A stretch of 64,000 bases of DNA from Candidatus Nomurabacteria bacterium (GCA_020632075.1 JACKGH010000001.1:458852-522851); one strand, 5' to 3'; shown: positions 30,834-40,456, counted from the first letter of the stretch. Translations and numbers: made by a program. Notes: a model not told the origin generated them from the letters alone.

Positions 30834-31430
30834 CTATTCACACTGGCCACCAGCGCTATAAACTGCTACGGTTTCATAGAAATCTGTTGAAGCCTTATAT
30901 GCAGCGTCATGAGTATTACCATCACACTCACCACAGCTCGTCGGACAACGAGCAAACGTGTCGTCAGGCTGAATCCCATCTGCAGCAGTATCAAATCCTC
31001 CTAGACAATTTTCAGCCGTTAGCTTAAACCAGTTTTGACTAGCTGATCCAACATTGTATATGTACGTACACGCTGAGTTTGCTGAGTCGTCAGGACTCGG
31101 AAGACTTGAAATGAAATCGGGGATCAGATCATCAACGAATGGATTGATGGCACAATGCCCAGCTCCTCCGGTATCAGAGTCTGCTGTTGAGGTTGCTGCG
31201 GCGGTTGTTCCGCAGGCAGGAATATCTGGATAATGTCCATGTTGTGCTCGATACAATTCAATTGCTAACTGCAACTCTTTTAACTCCGAAAACACCTCTT
31301 TGTTACGTGCTTCAGTACGAGCATGTCCAAAATTGGCGTACAAGATAGCGGACAAGATACTGATGATCGCCACTACGACCATGATCTCAACTAAGGTGAA
31401 ACCTTTTCGTGCAAGATAGCTTTTTTTCAT
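30834..31430 (-). CDS. type IV pilin / pseudopilin (prepilin-type N-terminal methylation domain)
   Basis: 198-aa ORF; KGFTLVEIMVVVAIISIL class III signal; C-terminal Cys residues. Confidence 0.8.
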   Translation of the reverse strand: MKKSYLARKGFTLVEIMVVVAIISILSAILYANFGHARTEARNKEVFSELKELQLAIELYRAQHGHYPDIPACGTTAAATSTADSDTGGAGHCAINPFVDDLIPDFISSLPSPDDSANSACTYIYNVGSASQNWFKLTAENCLGGFDTAADGIQPDDTFARCPTSCGECDGNTHDAAYKASTDFYETVAVYSAGGQCE

Positions 31431-31479
31431 AGAATCATTATAACGTAGCCCTTCTAGAGTCTAGGCTACTTACTACCAC

Positions 31480-32157
31480 TTACGGCATTCGGCAGATCAC
31501 CTTTTCGAGCTCTTCTTCGTAGCGAACTGCATTCAATGGCCTAGGCTCATCAGGATAACCACCCCACAACCCGTATGAGTACCGAAACTCACTGTCAGTA
31601 TTATCGCATTTGATAACGCCCAGTCCACCAAATGGTGACACTGCGTTACAAACAGCATCAGGATTGTTATCACTCACATCACAGCTCATGAATGGATGAG
31701 GATCAGGGTAAAAAGCATTCGGTTTTTGGATACCTGGCGGCGTAAGTTCTGCTGTACGAGCAGCCATGATCTTGTACGCCGAGCGAGCTGCGTTAGTCAC
31801 GTAGATGTAGCCAGAATTATTCCCATTACGCTTCGGGTCGGTCGGCAATGCGCGAATGTACTCAGGAGCCAAGCCAACGATATACTGACCATCATCTGCA
31901 CTTGGACAATCATATATCGTGCCGATCTCACCAGACCACACCAGCGCTCCGTTGCAGCCTGGAGGGTACATTCCTTTATCTAGTTTGTACTGCTCGATCG
32001 CACTCTGCAGCGCTCTAAGATCAGCCTGTCGCTGCGCATTTCGAGACTGAACTGAGGCGTCATTGAAGTTGTAATACAACAGACTAGAAAGAATTGTGAT
32101 AACAGCCACCACAACAAGCATCTCTGGAAGAGTAAAACCTAGTGAAGAGCGATTCAT
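31480..32157 (-). CDS. type IV pilin / pseudopilin
   Basis: 225-aa ORF; GFTLPEMLVVVAVITIL prepilin motif; C-terminal Cys residues. Confidence 0.8.
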   Translation of the reverse strand: MNRSSLGFTLPEMLVVVAVITILSSLLYYNFNDASVQSRNAQRQADLRALQSAIEQYKLDKGMYPPGCNGALVWSGEIGTIYDCPSADDGQYIVGLAPEYIRALPTDPKRNGNNSGYIYVTNAARSAYKIMAARTAELTPPGIQKPNAFYPDPHPFMSCDVSDNNPDAVCNAVSPFGGLGVIKCDNTDSEFRYSYGLWGGYPDEPRPLNAVRYEEELEKVICRMP

Positions 32158-32187
32158 GCTACTAGTGTAGCATGTAGAAATAATCTG

Positions 32188-32904
32188 CTACTCAGTTTGC
32201 CAACCTTTTGCTTCGATTGCTTTCTCTGCTGCTTGTTGCTCAGCTTCTTGTTTTGAGCGTCCTTTGCCTTCAGCTACCTTCTCCTTACGCAAAAAGACTC
32301 CAACCGTAAACACCCGGTCATGATCTGGGCCTTCCTGACTAACTGTCTCGTAGGTTGGGGTCACCGAAACATGCTCCTGAGCCATCTCTTGGAAGCGGCT
32401 CTTAGCATCTTGCCACAGGCGCTTACGGACGATCTCATCAGTCTTCCCAAAGAGGCGATCAGCAATAAAGTTTTTCGCCGCATCGTAGCCCCTATCCATG
32501 TAAATAGCACCGATGCAGGCTTCAAACGCGTTGGCGAGAATGTACTGGCGGGCGCGTCCGACGTCTTTCGCCTCGCCCTTACTCATCAGCAAATAGTCGT
32601 TTACACCGAGCTGCTCGGACGCGCCCGCCAGTGAAACTGTATTCACCAAAGCTGCCCGCACTGCAGTAAGTTCTCCTTCAGGCTTCTCTGGATATTTATG
32701 AAAGAGGTAATCAGTCACCACGAGCTCCAACACCGCATCACCCAAAAACTCTAGACGTTCATTGTGGTCCCAGGTCGCGTCGCGGTGTTCATTCAAGTAT
32801 GAACGATGTGTAATAGCTGATAACAGTATCTGAATATCAGCAAAAGTAACTCCGAGCAGCTCTTGCAGCTTCTCTAAGTCGGTATCAAGTTTTGTAACTT
32901 CCAT
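32188..32904 (-). CDS. rnc: ribonuclease III
   Basis: 238-aa ORF; RNase III signature ERLEFLGDAVLELVV; C-terminal dsRBD. Confidence 0.92.
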   Translation of the reverse strand: MEVTKLDTDLEKLQELLGVTFADIQILLSAITHRSYLNEHRDATWDHNERLEFLGDAVLELVVTDYLFHKYPEKPEGELTAVRAALVNTVSLAGASEQLGVNDYLLMSKGEAKDVGRARQYILANAFEACIGAIYMDRGYDAAKNFIADRLFGKTDEIVRKRLWQDAKSRFQEMAQEHVSVTPTYETVSQEGPDHDRVFTVGVFLRKEKVAEGKGRSKQEAEQQAAEKAIEAKGWQTE

Positions 32905-33011
32905 GTGTAAGTATTAGCTACGAACCCTTTCTAGAGGCTCATCACAAATACGATCAGACCCTAGAGAGGCTTCTTGTAAAGAAACGATAAGTTTCACTGC
33001 TGACAGTAGCA

Positions 33012-33914
33012 CTATTTTGAGCCCCTGCCAACCAAAACCGTAACTGCCTTGGTAACGATCGGAAGAATGTCTTCGTAGAAGTTGAGCTCGAGAATATCAG
33101 CTACTTTGAACCATTTTGCGTCGTCAAGACCGCCCTTCTTGAGCAGTTCAATATCCTGATATGGTGCATTAGCTAGAAAGTAGTGTACCTGCTTGCGCAC
33201 TTTGCCTTTTTCTGGCTGTGAAGCGACGTATTCATTATTGCCAAGCTCTTGCTCAAGCGTGATTGGAAGACCAACTTCTTCAAGGAGTGCGCGAGTTGCC
33301 CCCTCCTCGACCGTTTCTTCTTCCTTCACCTTACTCTTAGACAAAGTCCAGTGACCAAAGATATCGTGTACAAGCGCAAGGTACAGCTGCCCTTCGTGTT
33401 CTGCGTAGACTACCGCACCAGAAAGACGCTCAATTGGCATTTGATCAAACGGCACATCTTTCTTGCGACGCTTACTCACCTCATCCTTTCCAGGTTCACC
33501 GATCTCCTTGTAGACCGCACCGAGTACACCGTTTACAAACCGACTACTATTATCGCCACCAAACTGCTTGGCGAGTTCGATCGCTTCGTTGATCGCCACC
33601 TTTGCTGGCACTTCTGCTCGATCAGCAAAAAGCAGCTCGTACAGCCCGAGTCGGAGAATATTTCGATCAACTGGAGAGATGCGGTCGATCGGCCAGTCTG
33701 GTGCAGCCTTTTCGATCACGAGGTCGAGCTCCGGCTGCTTCGCCATAACGCCGTCGAGTAGTTTTTCCATAAATGGCATATCGGTCTTGTTGGGCGCGAA
33801 TTCTGCGACGTTTCGCTCCAAGACTTCATGAACTGCTTTTTTCTCAAGCGCATTTAAATCCCACTCAAAGAGTGACTGAAGAACAATGCTGCGTGATAAA
33901 TGTCGATTTGCCAT
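33012..33914 (-). CDS. nusB: transcription antitermination factor NusB fused to a C-terminal Nudix-like domain
   Basis: 300-aa ORF; N-terminal ~140 aa NusB-like (RSIVLQSLFEWDL, ILRLGLYELLF); C-terminal ~150 aa has a Nudix-fold pattern GHWTLSKSKVKEEETVEEGATRALLEEVGL with a degenerate Nudix box. Confidence 0.8.
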   Translation of the reverse strand: MANRHLSRSIVLQSLFEWDLNALEKKAVHEVLERNVAEFAPNKTDMPFMEKLLDGVMAKQPELDLVIEKAAPDWPIDRISPVDRNILRLGLYELLFADRAEVPAKVAINEAIELAKQFGGDNSSRFVNGVLGAVYKEIGEPGKDEVSKRRKKDVPFDQMPIERLSGAVVYAEHEGQLYLALVHDIFGHWTLSKSKVKEEETVEEGATRALLEEVGLPITLEQELGNNEYVASQPEKGKVRKQVHYFLANAPYQDIELLKKGGLDDAKWFKVADILELNFYEDILPIVTKAVTVLVGRGSK

Positions 33915-34021
33915 ACTAATGTACTAAACGTTAACTGCTCTTAGTGTACCATTTTCGCCAGCACACAAGGAACAAAATCCACAAACCAAAGCCCTGCGTT
34001 TGCAGGGCTTTGCGTGAATTG

Positions 34022-34318
34022 TTACTTGTCTTTCACCTCAGACTCTACTGCTTCAGCGGCTGGTTCTGGAGTTGCTTCCGCTCCACCAAAGTCTGCCTGC
34101 TGTGCGTTGATCATGTCGCGCTTCGCCTGAAGACGCTCTTCGCGAGCCTTTTTCTTAGCCGCCAGATCAACGACCATGCGACCCTTGTAGTGACCGCACT
34201 CGAGACACATGTGGTGTGGTCGGTGCTGTGCGCCACAGTTAGCACAAGTAGCCAAAGTAGGCGCCTTGAGCGCATGATGTGAACGACGGTTCGCGGTGTG
34301 TGCCCGCGTATGACGCAT
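34022..34318 (-). CDS. rpmF: 50S ribosomal protein L32 with C-terminal extension
   Basis: [18 protein letters not shown]-terminus; CANC...CLEC zinc ribbon; ~45-aa charged tail. Confidence 0.85.
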   Translation of the reverse strand: MRHTRAHTANRRSHHALKAPTLATCANCGAQHRPHHMCLECGHYKGRMVVDLAAKKKAREERLQAKRDMINAQQADFGGAEATPEPAAEAVESEVKDK

Positions 34319-34387
34319 TCGAATTACCATAGTGGCGAAACTATAGCAGAATCAACGGGAAAAGCAATACCTCATTGATGTAAATAC

Positions 34388-34425
34388 AAAAAGGCCGGCT
34401 CGCACTACGTGCTCGCCGGCCCAAG
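34388..34425 (-). terminator. intrinsic terminator after the small Cys-rich ORF, upstream of rpmF
   Basis: ggccggc..gcac-tac-gtgc..gccggcc with A5 upstream (T5 on minus). Confidence 0.75.
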
Positions 34426-34427
34426 CT

Positions 34428-34661
34428 TCATCTCGACGACGAAACGGCTCTTTGGTCACCATAAGTGTGGGTGCCAGTGCTGTAGAAAAATTCGCACTTT
34501 TCAGGCGCGACAGCACACGATACCGGCACCAATCCCGCTGGCTTACACTGAGTGAACGCATGACGCCCGATCAGCATGAACACTTGTGAAAACGACGTAT
34601 CACGTTGTTTACACCCGCCACAGACTCCAAGGTAACTCTTACCATCAGAACAGTCGGACAT
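34428..34661 (-). CDS. hypothetical small Cys-rich protein (possibly YceD/DUF177-like, by its position upstream of rpmF)
   Basis: 77-aa ORF, 6 Cys, GGGAGAG RBS-like sequence upstream; intrinsic terminator immediately after the stop. Confidence 0.35.
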   Translation of the reverse strand: MSDCSDGKSYLGVCGGCKQRDTSFSQVFMLIGRHAFTQCKPAGLVPVSCAVAPEKCEFFYSTGTHTYGDQRAVSSSR

Positions 34662-34739
34662 TTTCTCTCCCCGATAAAACTGCCCAAAAAAAAAAAGAAC
34701 TAGACCTTTACTATCAGTTACACTGACAACCAGAATATT

Positions 34740-35333
34740 CTACAACGTTTTTATATTCTTGCAATAGCTGGCGCGGTGGATCGGGCACTTACCTCGCTCG
34801 GCTATAGCTTGACGATGCGCTTTAGTGCCGTAACCCATATGCTGCTCGAAGCCATACTGGGTGTAGCGCCTGGCCATTTTGGTCATATATTTATCACGAG
34901 TGACTTTCGCAACGATCGACGCCAGACCGATCGCTGGCTCAGTCGCGTCGCCCTTTATGATGGTTTCCTGAGAGTATTCTGTTGGTGCATGGAGCGAGCC
35001 ATCGAGTCGTATGCGGCAGGTAGCCGGATCGAGCTCCAGGCGCTTGATACAACGATTCATTGCCAGCTTGATCGCGTATGAAATTCCTTTTTCATCGATC
35101 ACCGACGAACCGACCATCGCGACCGCAAAATCAAGCTTGCGGTGGTGACGCAGGTCTTGCGCCCGCCGGAAAAGCGCTTCGCGCTTTTCCGGCTTGATCT
35201 GCTTCGAGTCCCCCACTCCTTCAATTAGACCCCAATCAAACGAGGCTGGCACCACAACCACCCCTACACTTACCGGTCCTGCCAGTGGTCCTCGTCCAGC
35301 TTCATCTACTCCAACCAGCCATTTTGCTTTCAT
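34740..35333 (-). CDS. rnhB: ribonuclease HII
   Basis: 197-aa ORF; GVDEAGRGPLAGPV active-site motif. Confidence 0.92.
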   Translation of the reverse strand: MKAKWLVGVDEAGRGPLAGPVSVGVVVVPASFDWGLIEGVGDSKQIKPEKREALFRRAQDLRHHRKLDFAVAMVGSSVIDEKGISYAIKLAMNRCIKRLELDPATCRIRLDGSLHAPTEYSQETIIKGDATEPAIGLASIVAKVTRDKYMTKMARRYTQYGFEQHMGYGTKAHRQAIAERGKCPIHRASYCKNIKTL

Positions 35334-35410
35334 ACAGGAAGTATACCAAATTGACTTGTACTTAATGTTATTACATACTACAAAAAGTTGTTCATCCTGA
35401 GGAATCTGAC

Positions 35411-35773
35411 ATGAACTGTACTCAAATACTGTTTACATTGTTCATCAGCTTGTTTACTTGGTCTGTCAGTTACGCTGAAGAATCGAGGACCCCGGAGAAG
35501 ATGATCGAATCATCCCACGTATGCCCGCTCCAAGATTACAGGAATGTAAAGTTTGATTGGAAGATCATACACAAGGATGGAGACCAGAAGACCTCGGTTT
35601 TCCGGCAATTCCTTACTGGGAAAAGTTATCCTCCACAGGTCACTATAGAGTGGACTTCGACCACGCCGGTTGAGATTGAGTGCCAAAATGAACACATCGC
35701 CATCACCGTGAGAGACACAGCACTAATTAAGATCTTCCTACCGATGAAGTCAGGTCCCATTGGTACCATCTAA
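35411..35773 (+). CDS. hypothetical secreted protein
   Basis: 120-aa ORF; GAGGAA RBS; N-terminal signal-like segment. Confidence 0.5.
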   Translation: MNCTQILFTLFISLFTWSVSYAEESRTPEKMIESSHVCPLQDYRNVKFDWKIIHKDGDQKTSVFRQFLTGKSYPPQVTIEWTSTTPVEIECQNEHIAITVRDTALIKIFLPMKSGPIGTI

Positions 35774-35940
35774 TATAAAGACGGCGCGTTCAACACAGTT
35801 GAGCGCGCTTTTTTATCTACATTCTCGCACCAACCAGTCATTTCGCTTTCATGCAGGAAGCATACTAAACATTGACTTTTCAATATTATATGATACTATT
35901 TTAGCGAAAATGTTATTTTGGTAGCCAGGGAGTTACACCA

Positions 35941-36471
35941 ATGTATACTGACGAAACGACCAACCTTCCCTCCTTCGAAACAGCCAAGCCCGACGACCTG
36001 GTGTATGAGCTGTTCCACCTGTTCGAAAGAAGCGGACGCTGGTTCGACAACGTCGCACAGCAATGTGAGCGACTACTATGGACCGAGGCTGACCGTGAAG
36101 CCTGGACTAAGGCACAACATGCTATGTCCGAGGAACAACGTGCAGCCGAACAAGCAGCCTATATGGCGACACTCGGCAGCTTCGCTTGGATCTCCGAGCT
36201 CGATGAGTTCGGACTGTGGATGCACACCACCCTTGAGTCAAGAGGTGTCACCATCCACGCATTCCGCCTCGGATACGGGGAACCTGGTCGATCAGACGAC
36301 CCAACGATGTACGTTCTACATCATCCTGACGACAAAGATGATTACACGAAGGTGTATGTCATTCGCCGAGACGTAGATCCAAACTCATCGCTCCGTCGAA
36401 CAATCTGGGTCAACGAACCGATTCAGAAAATGTACGAGTGGTATCTCCAAAGTGAGGATATGGACGTATAG
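35941..36471 (+). CDS. hypothetical protein
   Basis: 176-aa ORF followed by a strong terminator; no recognisable domain. Confidence 0.5.
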   Translation: MYTDETTNLPSFETAKPDDLVYELFHLFERSGRWFDNVAQQCERLLWTEADREAWTKAQHAMSEEQRAAEQAAYMATLGSFAWISELDEFGLWMHTTLESRGVTIHAFRLGYGEPGRSDDPTMYVLHHPDDKDDYTKVYVIRRDVDPNSSLRRTIWVNEPIQKMYEWYLQSEDMDV

Positions 36472-36488
36472 CGTCCAGAACCTCTTCG

Positions 36489-36520
36489 AACACGGCCCAT
36501 GGGCCGTGTTTTTTTGTTTG
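36489..36520 (+). terminator. intrinsic terminator
   Basis: acacggccc-at-gggccgtgt-ttttttg. Confidence 0.85.
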
Positions 36521-36571
36521 AAGTACCCCTTCCAAAAAAGCATTGCGAAGGTTTGTTTCCAGATAGAGCGA

Positions 36572-36731
36572 GCATTCGCGGAAAAATACAATTGTGGAGA
36601 AATGTATATTTTTAATGATCTGGAACAGCAAATTACGACTGTTTGAGCCGTAGGCGAGTTTCGTAATTTGCGTTGTGTAAGAGAATATAAAAATAACAGT
36701 TCGGAGCATTCTTGTATTTTTCCGCGAATGC
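36572..36731. repeat. perfect 20-bp inverted repeat pair (GCATTCGCGGAAAAATACAA / TTGTATTTTTCCGCGAATGC) separated by 120 bp, just upstream of the dnaE promoter
   Basis: Arms 36572-36591 and 36712-36731 are exact reverse complements. Confidence 0.85.
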
Positions 36732-36739
36732 GAGCGAAA

Positions 36740-36748
36740 TGCTATAAT
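36740..36748 (+). promoter_or_regulatory. extended -10 (TGcTATAAT) 9 nt upstream of dnaE ATG; possible leaderless mRNA
   Basis: TGCTATAAT at 36740-36748, ATG at 36758, no SD between. Confidence 0.4.
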
Positions 36749-36757
36749 CACCCCACC

Positions 36758-39700
36758 ATGGCAGAATCCGACCAATCCTACCCACCAATCAAGGCTGACT
36801 TCGTCCACCTGCACGTACATTCAATGTACTCCCTCCTCAATGCCGTCCCGACCCCAAAGGAGCTTGTTAAAGCCGCCAAAGCAGACGGTCAGGATGCTCT
36901 TGCCATCACCGACGCTGGCGCACTCTACGGCGCGATCGACTTCTACAAAGCTTGCACCTACGAAGATGTGAAGCCGATCATCGGCCTCGACGCTTACCTT
37001 GCGCCACGGACTCGTTTTGATAAAGAAATGCAAGACCGGCCCCACTCGCGTCTTGTTCTCCTTTCGAAGACTTTTTCCGGCTACCAAAATCTTATCGAGA
37101 TGGTGACTCGTTCCAATGTCGACGGGTTTTACTACAAACCTCGCCTCGACGACGAGCTCCTTGAAAAACATCACGAGGGACTGATCTGTATCATCCCATC
37201 CTTTGCCGGGGAGATAGCTCAAGCACTCAAAGACAACAATCCCGACAAAGCCGCCGAACGCCTCGATTGGTACAAGAGCCTCTTTGGCGACGACTGCTAT
37301 CTTGAGATCTCCCATCACCCAGAGATCTTCGGCCACCAAGAAAATCAAGAACTCATCAAGAAGCTCGCGAGAGAGACAGACACTCCCCTCGTAGCTGCCC
37401 AAGACATCTACTATATGAAGCCTGGCGATCGGTTGGCGCGTGAGGTGATGGTGAAGATTGGGAGCGGTGGTGTCGTAGACACCACCGCTGATCACGATAC
37501 CGGCGAAGACTTTTCGTTCAAGACGCAAGCAGAGATGAAAGAATGGTTTGCTGATACTCCTGAGGCGATTTCAAATACCGTCAAGATCGCAAATGAATGC
37601 AACGTAAAAATCACCCTTGGCCAGGATGCCTGGATGTTCCCGAAGTACATCATCGAGAGTGGTCGTACACCCGACAACGAACTCCACCATCGCGCCTGGG
37701 AAGGAGTGACCTGGCGCGGTATGGATCCAGAAGACGAGGAACTAAAAGACCGCCTCACCTTCGAGCTCGACGTGATCAAGATGAAGGGCTACGCAACTTA
37801 CTTCCTCGCTGTGGGCGACCTCCTGCGTGAAGCGCGTGAGCGCGGCATCTACACCACCATTCGTGGTTCGGTGGCTGGATCACTCGCCACCTACGTGCTC
37901 GGGATCACCAACGTGGACCCGCTTGAGTACCGCCTCCCCTTCGAGCGTTTCCTCAACCCGGAACGACCATCGGCACCTGATATCGACATGGACTTTGCTG
38001 ATAATCGTCGCGATGAGATCATTTCCTATGCCCGCGAGAAATACGGCTACGACAACGTGGCGCAGATCGGTACCTTTGGAACTATGATGGCGAAAGCGGC
38101 CGTGCGCGACGTGGCGCGAGCCCTTGGTCATAGCTACTCCACCGGTGATCGTATCTCCAAAATGATACCAATGGGGAGCCAAGGATTTGCCATGACCATT
38201 GATCGCGCGATAGACATCGAACCTGAACTCGCCGAGTTGTACAAGAAAGATGCAGAAAGTCGCGAAGTGATCGACCTCGCGAAGCAGATCGAAGGGCGCG
38301 TACGACACCTCGGAGTACACGCGGCTGGTGTAGTGATCGCACCTGAACCCCTCAATAACTACGTTCCGATCCAGATCGACTCCAAGACCGGCAAGCAGAT
38401 CACCCAGTACGAAATGAAGTCTGTGGGTGAAGATGGTGTTGGTCTCCTCAAGTTCGACTTCCTCGGTATCAAAAACCTCGCCATTTTGGCTGACGCTGTA
38501 AAGCGTGTGAAAAAGATCCACAACGTTGACATTGATATTGAAAACATTCCACTTGATGACCCAAAGACCTTCGAGATCCTCGCCTCTGGTCAGACTATGG
38601 GACTTTTCCAGCTCAATGGTTCCGGTATGACTGCGTTCCTTAAGCAGCTGAAGCCGACTACTATTCATGACATCAACGCGATGGTGGCGCTCTATCGTCC
38701 TGGCCCGATGGAAATGATCCCGACGTACATCGAGCGAAAATACAATCCTTCCCTCGTAACCTATCTCGACCCACGCCTCGAGCCAATTCTTGAGCGATCG
38801 TACGGGGTGATCACCTACCAGGATGACGTGATGATGATCTCCATCCAGCTCGCAGGCTACTCTTGGCTCGAGGCTGACATGCTGCGTAAGGCGATGGGTA
38901 AGAAGATCCCTGAACTCATGGAAGAGCAAAAGAAAAAGCTGTTTGCTGGCTTCCTCGAACACGGCCTCTCGCAGGATAAGGCAGATAAGCTCTGGCAGCT
39001 CATTGAACCATTTGCGGCATATGGATTCAACAAAGCGCACGCTGCGTCGTACGGTCGCGTCGCCTACCAAACCGCCTACATGAAAGCCAACTTCCCCGTG
39101 GAGTACATGTCGGCCGTGCTCACCGCTGACTCGGGCGACACCGAAAAGATCTCTGAGATCATTCACGAATGTGAACGTATGGGCGTACCAGTACTTCCAC
39201 CAGACATCAATGAATCCTTTTCCGACTTCTCCGTGGTGCCGGGGAAAAATACCATCCGCTTTGGACTCACCACCATCAAAAACTTCGGTGAAGGCATCGC
39301 TGATGTGATCATCGAAGAACGAAAGAAGAACGGTCCGTTTGCATCCATGCAAGACTTCCTCACCCGCATCCATGACCGAGGACTCAACAAGAAATCCCTC
39401 GAAGCGCTTATCATGACCGGTGCCTTTGATAAGTTCGGTGAACGTGGCGAACTTATTGCCAACCTAGACAATCTCCTCGCCTACAACCGCGAGCAAGTTA
39501 GTGGCAAGGAAACTGGTCAGGACTCGCTCTTCGGCGGCATGGACGAAGTCTCTGGCCTCACTCTCGAACCGGCCGAAGACGCACCAATGGCCCAGAAACT
39601 CCTTTGGGAAAAGGAACTGCTTGGCGTGTACGTGTCCGGCCACCCACTCGACGCAGTGAAGGACGAGGTCGACAAACGACCAAGTATTGAGCAAGTAAAG

Positions 39701-39997
39701 AAGGGCCACCAGGGCACGACCGTTGTGACCACCGGCCTCATCGAGATCGTCAAAGAACTCCTCACCAAAAAGGGTGACAAAATGGCCTTCATCAAGATCG
39801 CCAACCAAACCGACAGTATCGAAACCGTCGCCTTCCCCGAAACCTACAAAGACAATCGTGAGCTCTTCGTGCCAGGCACCTGCGTGGCCATCAAAGGTAA
39901 GTTCAATGTCCGCAATGACGAGCCATCGATTTTGATCGATAAAGTGAAGCGACTTGGGAGTGATGAGATGGTGGGAGAGCCGATTTCTAGTAATTGA
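36758..39997 (+). CDS. dnaE: DNA polymerase III alpha subunit
   Basis: Start at MAESDQSY (the 6-frame ORF begins 30 codons earlier at 36668); PHP domain FVHLHVHSMYSLL; polymerase core through C-terminal OB domain; ~1080 aa. Confidence 0.95.
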   Translation: MAESDQSYPPIKADFVHLHVHSMYSLLNAVPTPKELVKAAKADGQDALAITDAGALYGAIDFYKACTYEDVKPIIGLDAYLAPRTRFDKEMQDRPHSRLVLLSKTFSGYQNLIEMVTRSNVDGFYYKPRLDDELLEKHHEGLICIIPSFAGEIAQALKDNNPDKAAERLDWYKSLFGDDCYLEISHHPEIFGHQENQELIKKLARETDTPLVAAQDIYYMKPGDRLAREVMVKIGSGGVVDTTADHDTGEDFSFKTQAEMKEWFADTPEAISNTVKIANECNVKITLGQDAWMFPKYIIESGRTPDNELHHRAWEGVTWRGMDPEDEELKDRLTFELDVIKMKGYATYFLAVGDLLREARERGIYTTIRGSVAGSLATYVLGITNVDPLEYRLPFERFLNPERPSAPDIDMDFADNRRDEIISYAREKYGYDNVAQIGTFGTMMAKAAVRDVARALGHSYSTGDRISKMIPMGSQGFAMTIDRAIDIEPELAELYKKDAESREVIDLAKQIEGRVRHLGVHAAGVVIAPEPLNNYVPIQIDSKTGKQITQYEMKSVGEDGVGLLKFDFLGIKNLAILADAVKRVKKIHNVDIDIENIPLDDPKTFEILASGQTMGLFQLNGSGMTAFLKQLKPTTIHDINAMVALYRPGPMEMIPTYIERKYNPSLVTYLDPRLEPILERSYGVITYQDDVMMISIQLAGYSWLEADMLRKAMGKKIPELMEEQKKKLFAGFLEHGLSQDKADKLWQLIEPFAAYGFNKAHAASYGRVAYQTAYMKANFPVEYMSAVLTADSGDTEKISEIIHECERMGVPVLPPDINESFSDFSVVPGKNTIRFGLTTIKNFGEGIADVIIEERKKNGPFASMQDFLTRIHDRGLNKKSLEALIMTGAFDKFGERGELIANLDNLLAYNREQVSGKETGQDSLFGGMDEVSGLTLEPAEDAPMAQKLLWEKELLGVYVSGHPLDAVKDEVDKRPSIEQVKKGHQGTTVVTTGLIEIVKELLTKKGDKMAFIKIANQTDSIETVAFPETYKDNRELFVPGTCVAIKGKFNVRNDEPSILIDKVKRLGSDEMVGEPISSN

Positions 39998-40404
39998 CAA
40001 ATGACAAACAATATGTATAGTATTTTAGTCCTAGGTCTTACTGGAGAACATCATGGAAGTTAATCCTGAAGAGTATCTCAATCGCGAATTCTTGTCTTTT
40101 GCAAAGAAATTTGGGTTTTCACCCTCGACATCTCAACCTCAACAGTTTAACGAACTTAGAACGACAGCCGTGGTGCACCTTCTCTATAGCATGGTTGACA
40201 CAAACCGTTTCGCCTCGCTTGACGAGACAAAACGACTACGGATTGGGGGATTGTCGCTGCAGCGTCGAAGAATGCCTGTCACAACAATAGTAACTACGAA
40301 CAAAATTTTAACTTGTCTCTATCGCTGGCAACCTGGATCAACACCTACCCGGCTGAGTAGAGAGGGATTCGTTGCACACCGCGTCCTCGGCCGCGGTTTT
40401 TTGT

Positions 40405-40430
40405 TTGACAATATTTTTTAGCGCTAGGAT
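40405..40430 (+). promoter_or_regulatory. promoter-like motif copy B (TTGACA-14-TAGGAT)
   Basis: tttgacaatattttttagcgctaggattgtagaaacagagattg is near-identical to copy A, including downstream ACAGAGATTG. Confidence 0.4.
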
Positions 40431-40456
40431 TGTAGAAACAGAGATTGTAACTTGAA

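Noticed and set aside
37880-39373. 497-aa minus-strand ORF, plus many 60-235-aa ORFs, inside dnaE; similar antisense or alternate-frame ORFs inside rpoB, rpoC, the helicase-nuclease, SMC and the giant surface protein
   Set aside because: They lie entirely within, or antisense to, strongly supported conserved genes. Their low-complexity translations are typical of spurious frames in GC-balanced DNA.
39998-40400. tmRNA / RNase P / SRP RNA candidate after dnaE
   Set aside because: No tRNA-like 3' end (GGTTCGAnTCC...CCA), no GGAAAGTCCGG P4 motif and no AGGUCCGGAAGGAAGCAGC SRP motif are present. Left as an unexplained region in the findings.
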